From Squalus acanthias (taxonomy: Eukaryota), in contig CM059432.1 in the NCBI GenBank assembly GCA_030390025.1, positions 2,108,001 to 2,172,000 on the forward strand: a stretch of DNA of 64,000 nucleotides, read 5' to 3'. Below, one piece after another: positions 23,463 to 34,785 of this stretch (positions are counted from its first letter, which is position 1; each line of letters starts with the position of its first letter). The notes under the pieces are model-generated. The model was not told the origin of the DNA and ran no database searches. It saw only the letters and a program-made list of their open reading frames with translations. The position numbers and the translations under genes are program-made.

Positions 23463-24045
23463 ATAGAGTCATAGAGTTATACAGCACAGAAAGAGGCCCT
23501 TCGGCCCATCGTGTCCGCGCCGGCCATCAAGCCCTGTCTATTCTAATCCCATTTTCCAGCACTTGGTCCGTAGCCTTGTATGCTATGGCGTTTCAAGTGC
23601 TCATCTAAATGCTTCTTGAATGTTGTGAGGGTTTCTGCCTCTACCACCCTTTCAGGCAGTGAGTTCCAGATTCCAACCGCCCTCTGGGTGAAAAAGTTTT
23701 TCCTCAAATCCCCTCTAAACCTCCTGCCCCTTACCTTGAAACTATGCCCCCTGGTTATTGACCCCTCTACTAAGGGGAAAAGTTCCTTTCTATCTACCCT
23801 ATCTATGCCCCTCATAATTTTGTACACCTCAATCAGGTCCCCCCCTCAGCCTTCTCTGCTCTGAGGAAAACAACCCCAGCCTGTCCAGTCTCTCTTCATA
23901 GCTGAAGCGCTCCAGCTCAGGTAACATCCTGGTGAATCTCCTCCGCACCCTCTCCAATGCAATCACATCCTTCCTATAGTGTGGCGACCAGATCTGCACA
24001 CAGAATTCCAGCTGTGGCCTAACTAGCGTTTTGTACAGCTCCATC
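23463..24045 (-). mobile_element. CR1 LINE 3' fragment
   Basis: LYKTLVRPQLEFCVQIWSP...KNFFTQRAVGIWNSLP. Confidence 0.85.
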
Positions 24046-25269
24046 GTAGCCTGCCCTAATATCCCCTTATGGGGCTCGGTGTCAAATTATGTTTGATAAT
24101 CGCTCCTGTGAAGCTCCTTGGGAACGTTAAAGGCGCTGTATAAATGGAAGTTGTTGTTGTTGTTGTCGTTGGAACAATGCTGCTGTATTAGAAAGTATTC
24201 GTAAACACAAAGTTCGAAGTCAGGTGCTTGGCAGGGACCTCTGTACAGGTCAGGTGACAATAAAGCTGATGACAGGAATTTCCTGCAGAGCGCAATTCCT
24301 CTGACAGTTAAGAATCCCTGCGCCAAGCACAGTTTTTTCCCCCCCAGGATTTTTTTCATTAATGAGATTTTTTTTTTTTTTTTTATGAAAGCCGTTCAGG
24401 AAACCAAACTCCAAACTGCAACTGAAATCTTTTTAAATGATCTGTCCGAGGTTTAGCCGTGACCGTGCGATGCGCCACGCAGGAAAGGCGGGAGGTCACG
24501 CCTTCGGCTTTTTGCGGCACACCAGCCATCCGAGCTCAGCCTCGTCATCAGGGAGCGAAGGACAGGCATCGGCGGAGGCAGGTGGTCTCCCAGCGGACAG
24601 ATGGGGAGGAGGTCGGGGGGGGGGGGGGAATTGGCAGCCGCGTCACCCTGGTAACTGTCGCATACATCCTCACAGCTCATTACACACCAGCGTCAGCAGG
24701 TCAGGACAACAAGGCTCAGAGTGTGACGCAGGGAGATGTGGAATAGGGGGCTTTGGCTGAAAATCAAAGGCCTTTGGAATCGACGTAGCAACTGCAATTT
24801 CCCAAATTCTATAGCGAAAATAACAATGGCTATTTTGTTCAAACTAGGAATAGAAGATGAACATTATTGGAACCGTATAGTGCAGAGGGAGGCCATTCGG
24901 CCCATCGTGCCTGTGCCGGCTTTTTTTGAAAGAGCTCTCCAATCAGTCCCACTCTCCCCCTGCTCTTTCTCCATTTCTCCTATTCAAGTCTATATCCAAT
25001 TTTCTTCTGAAAGTTACTGTTGAATCTGCTTCCACCGCCCTTTCAGGCAGCGCGTTCCAGATCACAACAACTCACTGCGTTTAAAATAAATTCTCCTCCT
25101 CTCCCCCTCTGGTTCTTTTGCCAATGACCTTAAATCTGTGTCCTCTGGTTACCGACCCTCCTGCCAGTGGAAACAGTTTCTCCCTCTCTACGCAAACGGT
25201 GGTAGAAGTTTGGAACTCTCTTCTGCAAACGGCAGTTGATGTAGGTCAATTGTTAATTTTAAGTGTGAG

Positions 25270-25763
25270 ATTGATAAAAAAAAGGGAAAAAATAGAATGA
25301 GAGTAAACTAGCAAGGAACATAAAACAGATTGTAAGAGCTTCTACAAGTATGTAAAAAGGAAAAGAGTAGCAAAAGTAAACGTTGGTCCCTTAGAGGCGG
25401 AGACAGGAGAAATTAGAATGGGGAATAAGGAAATGGCAGAGACTTTAAACAAATATTTTGTATCTGTCTTCACAGTAGAAGACACAAAAAGCATACCAAA
25501 AATAGTGGGGAACCAAGGGGCTAATCAGAGTGAGGAACATAAAATAATGAATATCAGTAGAGAAAAAGTACTTGAGAAACTAATGGGACTATAAATACAA
25601 GTTATTGTTGCTGTTGACTAAAAGCCAACAATTCCCTTGGACCTGATGGCCTACATCCTAGGGTTCTAAAAGAAGTGGCTGGAGAGATAGTGGATGCATT
25701 GGCTAAGATCTTCCAAAATTCCTTAGATTCTGGAACAGTCCCAGCGATTGGAAGGTAGCAAAT
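25270..25763 (+). mobile_element. CR1 LINE internal ORF2 fragment
   Basis: KLARNIKTDCKSFYKYVKRKR...MAETLNKYFVSVFT...GPDGLHPRVLKEVA. Confidence 0.8.
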
Positions 25764-25805
25764 GGCAAATATTTATCCCTCAAGCAGCATCCACTAATAA
25801 ACAAA

Positions 25806-26365
25806 GGCCGAGGAATTGTGGTCGGAGGCGTACCTCCGGAGCACGCCTCCGACCCGCGAAACACTTTAACCTCCCGGCGCCTGGGCTGCGGAGAGTTGCG
25901 GTCTCAGGACTCGAGGCGGACGGCAGCGTAACGGCCCACGGATCCCAGGGACGCAGGCGGTTCGGAAGCATACCTGGGATCACGTGGGCCCGGTCCTCCA
26001 ATGACAAAGGAGAATTCCATTGCAATCATTTACGAAGGGAATCCCCCAGTGATATGCAATGGAATCCCCAAATTAATATACAATGTACAGAATTGCCACT
26101 TTATTCCACCAACCTCAATAAACATTTAATTTTTTGATAAATAATCCTAATCCGGGCCAATATTGGCATAAACCCATTTAAAGTGTATGTGCATAATTTT
26201 GGATTTTTAAATGTTTTATTTAAGACTTGTTATATACCCTTACGCTGATGCAAGCAGGCCCTAAGCCTGCTTTTACCAGCCGTAAGAGTTGCGTGGGCGA
26301 CTGCTGGGCAGTTGTTGGGCAAATTGCCCCACCCTGCGCGTTGAAGACACTGCAATTTCAGGGCC
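25806..26365. mobile_element. Harbinger-like MITE (copy A), inserted in a SINE fragment
   Basis: Imperfect TIRs GGCCGAGGAATTG and CAATTTCAGGGCC; homologous in inverse orientation to 26382-27137 and 61130-61762. Confidence 0.7.
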
Positions 26366-26381
26366 ATTATCCGGTCATTAT

Positions 26382-27137
26382 GGGCTGTATATTCCGATGC
26401 CTAAGGGTGGGTACACGCTGTGTACACACCCGTAGGGACCTCGCAAGTGCCGGTTTCAGGCATGCCAAGCGCATGCGCTGAAAACCGGCATTTCTGATCT
26501 GTCAAGAATGTTCTTGACAGATCGGACGCCTGCCCTGGAGAAGGGCCTCTGCGGGCGGATAGTTCCACTTTCTGCAGAATCTCTGCCCACTGAAAACCCT
26601 TTGAAATCTTACGCCTGGTAAAAGCAAGCGTAAGGCCTGCTTTTACCAGCATAAGGGTTGAAAAAAGTAAAACAAATAAAAAAAATGTCACTCATTTATC
26701 ATTTAAAAATACTTTAAAAAAGGTATGTTTATTTTTAGCCCCGTAAAAAACTATTTTTTTCATAAAATTACAAATTTTGTTTAAAATATTTAATTTATTG
26801 TAATTTTAACTCTTTTAAAAATGTGATTTAAAAAAAAATGTATTGACTGTTTTACTGTGTTTTTAGGGTGATCTCCATTCGTATATTTGACGGGTCTATC
26901 TGTCAAGTGTATGAAGGGCGATTCCCTTCTGCTATTGGCTCCCCATGGCCCACCTGATCCCAGGGACGCTTGCGAACCGCCTGCGCCCCCTGGGATACGT
27001 GGGCCCTGCGCATTTCGAGTTGGAGAGGCCCAGGAGCGGAAGTGTCCGGACCTCGGGATCCCTCGGGTAAGTCCGTAGATTTTTTCCAGATCGGAGGCCT
27101 CCGCACGCAGGAAGCCCCCGATCGGAAAATACGGGCC
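26382..27137. mobile_element. Harbinger-like MITE (copy B), inserted in the same SINE
   Basis: TIRs GGGCTGTATATTCCGAT and ATCGGAAAATACGGGCC (14/17 match), flanks TAT/AAT. The SINE resumes at 27138. Confidence 0.75.
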
Positions 27138-27617
27138 AATGACATGGCTGTTTGTGGGAGCTTGCTGTGCGCAGGTTGGCTGCCGCGTTTCCCACATTAC
27201 AACAGTGACTCCACTTCAAAAAAGTACTTAATTGGCTGTGAAGTGCTTTGGGACGTCCTGAGGTCGTGAAAGACGCTGGGGAAATGCGAGTTCTTTCTTT
27301 CTTCATTAGAAAAAAGACACAGAGAAAGGAAAGAGAGAAACTGACACTTTTTCAGCATAATATCCTCAGGATGGCACAACCCCGTGGATTACTTTTCAAA
27401 GGCAGTCACTGCGGCTGTAAATTTCTCAGCGTTTTGCCAGCCCAAGTCCGGAGGAAACTAGCACTTTGTACAGTTACAGAACATTCGCAGGTATTGAATG
27501 CAGTTTGGCAGCCAGCATTGGAAACAGCAGGGGGGCGGGGGGGGAAAGTTAGCATCAAGAACATCGTCTGAGATTCAGTGAAAGTTCACCAACACTGTAC
27601 ACTTGAATAGTTGGAGA

Positions 27618-28715
27618 TCATAGAATCATACAACACAGAAGGACAACCCTTCGGCCCATCGTGCCTGTGCTGCCTCACTGATAGAGCTACCCAATTAGAC
27701 CCAATTCCCCCTGCTCTTTCCCCACAGCCCTGCAGTTTTTTTTACTTTTCAAGTATTTCTCCAATTCTCTTTTGAAAGTTACTATTGAATCTGCTTCCAC
27801 CGCCCTTTCAGGCAGCGCATTCCAGATCATAACAACTCACTGCGTAAAAAAAAATCTCCTCATCTCCTCCCTCTGGTTTTTTGCCAATTATCTTAAATCT
27901 GTGTCCTCTGGTTACCGACCCTCCTGCCAGTGGAAACAGTTTCTCCTTATTTACTCTATCAACACCCCTTAAGATTTTGAACCCCTCCAATAAATCTCCC
28001 CTTAACCGTCTCTGCTCTAAGGAGAACAATCCCAGCTTCTCTCCAGTCTCTTCACTTAACTGAAGCCCCTCATCCCTGCTACCATTCTAGTAAATCTCCT
28101 CCGCACTCTCTCCAAGGCCTTGACATCCTTTCTAAAGTCTGGTGCCCAGAATTGGAGACAATACTCCAGCTGGGGTCTAATCCTTCTTGAACACAAAAAC
28201 AAGGAAGTCATGCTAAACCTTTACAAGTCTCTGGTTAGGCCTCAGCTGGAGTATTGTGTACAATTCTGGGCACCACAGTTTAGGAAGGATGTCAAGACCT
28301 TGGGGAAGGTACAGAGGAGGTTTACCAGGATGATACCAAGGATGAGGGACTTCAGTTATGTGGATAGATTGGAGAAGCTGGGATTGTTCTCCTTGGAGCA
28401 GAGAAGGTTAAGGGAAGACCTAATAGAGGTATTCTAAAAAAGATTTAAAATAATTGACAAAAGAACTGGAGGGGAATTGAAGAGAAATTTCTTCACACAG
28501 AGGGTTGTTAAGATCTGGAACGCACGACCTGAAAGGGCAGTGGAAGCAGATTCCACAGGAACTTTCAAAAGGCAAATGGACACGTACTTGAAGAGAACTA
28601 ATTTGCAGGGTTATGGGGAAAAAGTCAGGGAGTGGGACTAATTGGAGAGCTCTTTCAAAGAGCCGGCACAGATACGACGGGCCGAATGGCCTCCTCCTGC
28701 GCTGTAAGAGTCTAT
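27618..28715. mobile_element. Two CR1 3' fragments in opposite orientations (27618-28160 minus, 28165-28715 plus)
   Basis: SLEQRRLRGDL and LYKSLVRPQLEYCVQFW motifs. Confidence 0.8.
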
Positions 28716-29364
28716 GGGCTGGATTTTGTCTTGGGGTCGGGTTGGGGTCGTGTCATCCGCATTTCGTGTTGTCCCAACTCCAGATTAATGTGGATGAATG
28801 ATGCAATTTTCACTTAATTGGGTAATTGAGTTCCAGCATGTGAGAACCCATGAACCAATTGGTGGTTTCAGTGGGAAAGTCACCTCTGATGATGTCATCG
28901 AGAGAGAGAGAGAGAGAGAGAATTTTTTTTTCATCCAGGGCCTCTCACAGCAAGGCCAGGCAGTCTCTGAAGACAATGCAGCAGCATCAGAGGCGACTTT
29001 CACACCTAATACTACTACCTTCATCACATCTCCGTTGTAATAGTGGACCTGCAGCTCATAGTCAGCTATCAACTTGTGCTCCCGCCAGGTTTCACTGGCG
29101 TGTTTCACATCAGGCGTACTTCACGTCCGAAAAGGGTTAAACTAGCTAAAACGTTTCAAAATGGCATTACAGAGCCAATTTAGGGCTTGTTAAGGGCTTT
29201 AATGGCCTCTCCCGCCTCTTGGAGGCGGGACGGAGGCGGGAACTCCGTGTCTGATTTTGTCAAAATTGCGTGGAGGCGGGATGGAGTCGGGACCCCCGAC
29301 CCCGCAACTTTAACCCCCCACACGCCTCCAAACCCGACTCCACGGGTCATTGAAAATCCAGCCC
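28716..29364. mobile_element. Harbinger-like MITE (649 bp)
   Basis: 12-bp perfect TIR GGGCTGGATTTT/AAAATCCAGCCC with flanks TAT/AAT, inside a CR1 tail. Confidence 0.75.
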
Positions 29365-30103
29365 AATGATTCTAAGTCAGAGCATGATCCCAGTCCATTG
29401 AGCCATCCTTCCAAAGCGTGCAAATTCGAACTGCATGCTCCGACCTCACCTGGCATCGCACTGCAAAGATATTTTTTTCACATTCGTTTATGGGATGTGG
29501 GCGGCATTTATTGCCCATCCCTAGTTGCCCTTGAGAAGGTGGTGGTGAGCCGCCTTCTTGAACCGCTGCAGTCCGTGTGGTGAAGGTGCTCTCACAGTGC
29601 TGTTAGGGAGCGAGTTCCAGGATTTTGACCCAGCGACGATGAAGAAACGGCCGATATATTTCCAAGTCAGGATGGTGTGTGACTTGGAGGGGATCTTGGA
29701 TGTGGTTGCATACAATATACGTGGGGAAAGATCGGAGTCTGTCCATATGTGGGCCCTGTAGCACCATCACTGACAGAGGAGCAGCATGGGCAAGTAACCA
29801 GTGAGCTGCCCACCTCTACGATGCTTAGAGACCACTGAACCATAGCCAATGTAACAAGACTTTGGGATGGTTCCACAGGACCGGAATACCGATCCTTTCC
29901 CGTCCCTTCCAACGCTCCTACAAGACACACAAGAACATAAGATTTAGGAGCAGGAGTAGGCCATACGGCCCCTCGAGCCTGCTCCGCCATTCAATAAGAT
30001 CATGGCTGATCTTCGACCTCAACTCCACTTTCCCGCCCGATCCCCATATCCCTTGATTCCCTGAGAGTCCAAAAATCTATCGATCTCAGCCTTGAATATA
30101 CTC

Positions 30104-30197
30104 TACCTCTACCTGACAAAGGAGCAGCAGCTCCGAAAGCTCGTAATTTTAAATAAAACTGTTGGACTATAACCTGGTGTTGTGCGACTTCTCATTT
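30104..30197 (+). mobile_element. Penelope-like terminal fragment (family B) with 12-bp TSD and a core-mutated hammerhead (30110-30145)
   Basis: TTGAATATACTC at 30092-30103 and 30198-30209 within a CR1. The core reads CUGACAA. Confidence 0.75.
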
Positions 30198-30926
30198 TTG
30201 AATATACTCAATGACTCAGCATCCACGGCCCTCTGGGGCAGAGAATTCCAAAGATTCACCACCCTCTGAGTGAAGAAATTCCTCCTCATCTCAGTCCTAA
30301 ATGGCCGCCCCCTTATCCTGAGACTGTGACCCCCGGTTCTAGACTCTCCAGCCAGGGGAAACAACCTCTCAGCATCTCAGAGGCTTTCACATACCACTGC
30401 TAGAGACCTTGCAAGCATGAAATACAGGCTATGCAAGACTATAATGCTTTTCTTTCAGGCGGTTCCAACACATTGCGGAACACATACCCTTCCACACCTC
30501 TCCTGAAATATCTATGGTCTGATTACATCTATAAGCTTCTCTCACGGGGTCAGAGCACACAGGATGACTAGGTTTGCAAGGAATAAAAAACTCTCCACTG
30601 CTGTCAGAGAATGGGCAATCTGCCCAGAAGCCCACGGATCTGAGATACAGTTTCACACCTGAGGGTACAGAAGAAATTTCCACCTTTGAAGTGAAATCTC
30701 AGCTGAATCAAACTTCCATTCAAATCACTCGACCCTCTCTAACCCGATATCAATGTCCAAGCTCCTTCCCAGACCAGGGGCACACGAGGCCCTTCACTCT
30801 CAATAATTTGGTTTGTTATCTGGGTTTATCATGCAGCCAAGTTGTCAAGGGGCCTAAGTGAGTATCTTAGTAACAGTAAGAGCCTCTCCATCCCTGCTTA
30901 TGGGATTGAACTATCAGAAAGGAAAT

Positions 30927-31102
30927 TGAGAGAGAGAGAGAGAAACAAAGAGAGGGAGAGAGAGAGAAAGAAAGAGAGAAAGGGAGAGCGAGAGAAAGAG
31001 AGCGAGAAAAAGAGAGAGAAACAAAGAGAGAGAAAGAGAGAGCGAGAGAAAAAGAAAGAGAAAGAGAGAAGAGAAAGAAAGAGAGAAAGAGAAAGAAAGA
31101 GA
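30927..31102. repeat. GA-rich simple repeat (continues at 32243-32478 beyond the L2)
   Basis: Purine-rich AGAG/AAAG tract. Confidence 0.9.
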
Positions 31103-32232
31103 TACAACAACAACAACTTGTATTTATATAGCGCCTTTAACGTAGTAAAACGTCCCAAGGCGCTTCACAGGAGTATTTTAACACAAAAAATTTGACACCA
31201 CATTAGGATAAATTATGGCAGGTGACCAAAAGCTTGGTCAAAGAGGTAGGTTTTAAGGAGCGTCTTAAAGGAGGAAAGAGAGGTAGAGAGACGGAGAGGT
31301 TTAAGCAGGGAATTCCAGAGCTTAGGGCCCAGGCAACAGAAGGCACGGCCACCAATGGTTGAGCGATTATAATCAGGGATGCTCAAGAGGGCAGAATTAG
31401 AGGAGCGCAGATATCTCGGGGGGTTGTGGGGCTGGAGGAGATTACAGAGATAGGGAGGGGCGAGGCCACGGAGGGATTTGAAAACAAGGATGAGAATTTT
31501 GAAATCAAGGCCAATGTAGGTCAGCGAGCATAGGGGTGATGGGCAAACGGGACTTGGTGCGAGTTAGGACACGGGCAGCTGAGTTTTGGATGACCTCATG
31601 TTTACGTAGGGTGGAATGTGGAAGGCCAGTCAGGAGTGCATTGGAATAGTCAAGTCTAGAGGTAACAAAGGCATGGATGAGGGTTTCAGCAGCGGATGAG
31701 CTGAGGCAGGGGCGGGGACGGGCGATGTTACGGAGGTGGAAGTAGGCGGTCTTTGTTATGCTGCGGATATGTGGTCGGAAGCTCATTTCAGGGTCAAATA
31801 TGACACCAAGGTTGCGAACAGTGTGGTTCAGCCTCAGACAGATGTAGGGAGAGGGATGGAGTCAGTGGCTAGGGAACGGAGTTTGTGGCGGGGACCGAAA
31901 ACAATGGCTTCAGTTTTCTCAATATTTAATTGGAGAAAATTTTTGCTCATCCAGAACTGTATGTCGGACAAGCAGTCTGACAATTTAGAGACCGTGGAGG
32001 GTTCGAGAGAAGCGGTGGTGAGGTAGAGCTGGGTGTCATCAGCGTACATGTGGAAAGTGACGCTGTGTTTTCGGATGATGTCGCCAAGGGGCAACATGTA
32101 GATGAGAAATAGGAGAGGGCCAAGGATAGATCCTTGGGGGACACCAGAGGTAATGATGCGGGAGCGGGAAGAGAAGCCATTGCAGGTGATTCTCTGGCTA
32201 CGATTAGATAGATAAGAGTGGAACCAGGCGAG
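31103..32232 (-). mobile_element. L2 LINE 3' fragment with RT domain, inserted into a GA tract
   Basis: WFHSYLSNRSQ...SGVPQGSILGPLLFLIYMLPL...YADDTQLY, with a (CAA)n tail at 31104. Confidence 0.9.
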
Positions 32233-34666
32233 TGCGAGTGCAGATAAAGAAAGAGAAAGAGAGGAGAGAGAGAAAGAGAGAGGAGAGAGAGAAAGAGAAA
32301 GAGAGAGGAGAGAGAGAAAGAGAAAGAGAGGAGAGAAAGAGAGAGGAGAGAGAGAAAGAGGAAGGATAGAGAGAAAGAGAAAGGAGAGAGAGAAAGAGAA
32401 AGAGAGGAGAGTGAGAAAGAGAGAGGAGAGAGAGAAAGAGAAAGAGAGGAGAGAGAGAAAGAAAAAGAAAAAGAGAGACATGCATTCCTCAAGCACCTTT
32501 CACAACCTCACCACATCCCAAAGTGCTCGACAGCCAATGAAGTACTTTTGAAGTGTAGCCACTGTTGTCATGTAGAAACTATAGAGGTTAAAAATGCTGC
32601 AGGAGGAGATAAACGAGACAGTAACACCAGGCATTGGCTAATGACACTTCTGCTTCTCACCAGCTAATATTTGGTCCTCCGGGGCCTGCCTCTCCACTCT
32701 AAATCGGAACACATCTGAGACGCCCAAAAATAGTTCAGGCAGCTGGGGGAATAGGATGCCTTGGCGTCTCCAGGGAGCTTTAGGCACGATAGCTTGACTC
32801 AAGGACATGTGCCTTTCCAAACAAAATGAGGTAATCTTAACTTTCTAAGAGATGGACCTGAGCAACTACACTGGGGAAAAAAAAGTCTTCAAATCATTGG
32901 CTTAACTAAAGGGAGAGGGTGGGGGAGGAGGGGAAGGAAAGGAGAGTGCCTGTAATCAAAAGACCGTGGATAGTTGAAAGAATACCAGGGCAGCTTGACT
33001 CAAACCATGTGCTGGTGATCCCATCTTCACCTGCCATCAAATATCATCAACAGAATTTTCTCTACCGTCCCTGGGCACGCAGTTACCCTGGTCAGCATCT
33101 TCAACTGCTACCACTGGGATATCTTTGGAAGCGCCACAGCCAGACTGTGGAAAAATATTCCTCTGTGTGGTATTGATAACAGAAATCACAAATACTTTCT
33201 TAATAAACAACAACTTGTATTTATAGAGCGCCTTTAATGTAGCAAGAACATCCCCAAGGCGTTGCACAGGAGTGTTGGACAACATTTGACACCGAGCCAC
33301 ATAAGGAGATATTAGGACAGGTGACCAAAAGCTCGGTCAAAGAGCATTTTAAGTTGCGTCTTAAAGGAGGAGAGAGAGAGAGAGGTAGGAAAGTGCAGAG
33401 GTTTAGGGAGGGAATTTCAGAGCTTAGGGCCCAGAACATAAGAATTAGGAGCAGGAGTCGGCCGTACGGCCCCTCGAGCCTGCTCCACCATTCAATAAGA
33501 TCATGGCTGATCTTCGACCTCAACTCCACTTTCCCGCTCGATCTCCATATCCCTTGATTCCCCAAGAGTCCAAAAATCTATCGATCTCAGCCTTGAATAT
33601 ACTCAATGATTCAGCATCCACAGCCCTCTGGGGTAGAGAATTCCAAAGATTCACAACCTTCTGAGTGAAGAGATTCCTCCTCATCTCAGGAATTTCTTCA
33701 CTCAGAGGGTTGATGGCGCGGCCGCCAATGGTGGAGCGAAGGAAACTGGGGACGCGCAAGACAAACGTGTTTACAATTTTGCTGCACATTGCAAACCAAG
33801 GTTTCATTACCCGCTAAGTTCTCCTTTATAAATTATGCTGATGACATCTGCTCAAGAAGAAGCAGCCTTGACCAACTAGTCTAATCACCTGAAAACACTC
33901 AAAAAAACTATAACTTGGTTTGCCTCCAGCTCAACTTTTTTCATTGCTATCTTGAAAGAAATACCCCAGTGCAAGATGTGTACGCATGTCCTGGCCAGCT
34001 GGGACAGTATCAAACAAGTTACTTTGGACTGGTGTCTCATCAATCAGATCCAGATTTCATCTGTGCGTAAACCAAAAATAAAAAGAAAATTTTTAGCTCT
34101 GGATTGTCATATCTCATCCCAACATCCAAGTACGAGCGCTGGCTACCAGCCCTGGCTAAATGAGGGATGCAGTGTAGCATTGAGCACGAAAAGCACCAAC
34201 GTTTGCACAGCTGGAAGAAGATCAAGCAACCGACCGAAAGGAAACTCATCACCGTATGAACTTAAAACAACTCGCTAGAAGTGAAAGCCCAAGATCCAGG
34301 ACACATGTTTTTCAGACAAGTTCTGAGGGTTGATCCAAGGTACTTAAAAATTGGTTTCCAAAAATTGCGACTCATTTCACAACATCGCCAAAGTCACATG
34401 AAATTTAAAGGCTAGGTCCCGGCACAGACACGATGGGTCGAACGGCCTCCTTCTGTGCCGCAAATTTCTATGATTCTATACCTAAAAATAACCAAGAGAA
34501 TTGGATAAATACTTGAAGGGAGAAAACATTTCAGGGCTACGGGCAAAGAGCAGGGGGAGTGAGATTAATCGGAGAGCTCTACCAAAGAGCCGGCACAGAC
34601 ACGATGGGCCAAATGGCCTCCTTCTGTGCTGAATCATTCTATGATTCTATGAATTCATTCTAGATG

Positions 34667-34785
34667 TGAGAAGTCGCACAACACCAGGTTATAGTCCAAC
34701 AGCTTTATTTGAATTCACAAGCTTTCGGAGCGCTGCTCCTTCGTCAGTGCGACTTCTCACATTTGTCCAACACCGGCATCTCCAC
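34667..34785 (-). mobile_element. Penelope-like family B fragment with internal inversion; hammerhead core at 34716-34750 (-)
   Basis: GTGAGAAGTCGCAC (34666-34679) is inverted relative to GTGCGACTTCTCAC (34747-34760). TSD TTCATTCT(A/C)GATG at 34654-34666 and 34786-34798. Confidence 0.7.

Noticed and set aside
24266..24552. Two CUGAUGA + hairpin near-matches (24266 on +, ~24551 on -)
   Set aside because: Neither hairpin is followed by the required GAAA.
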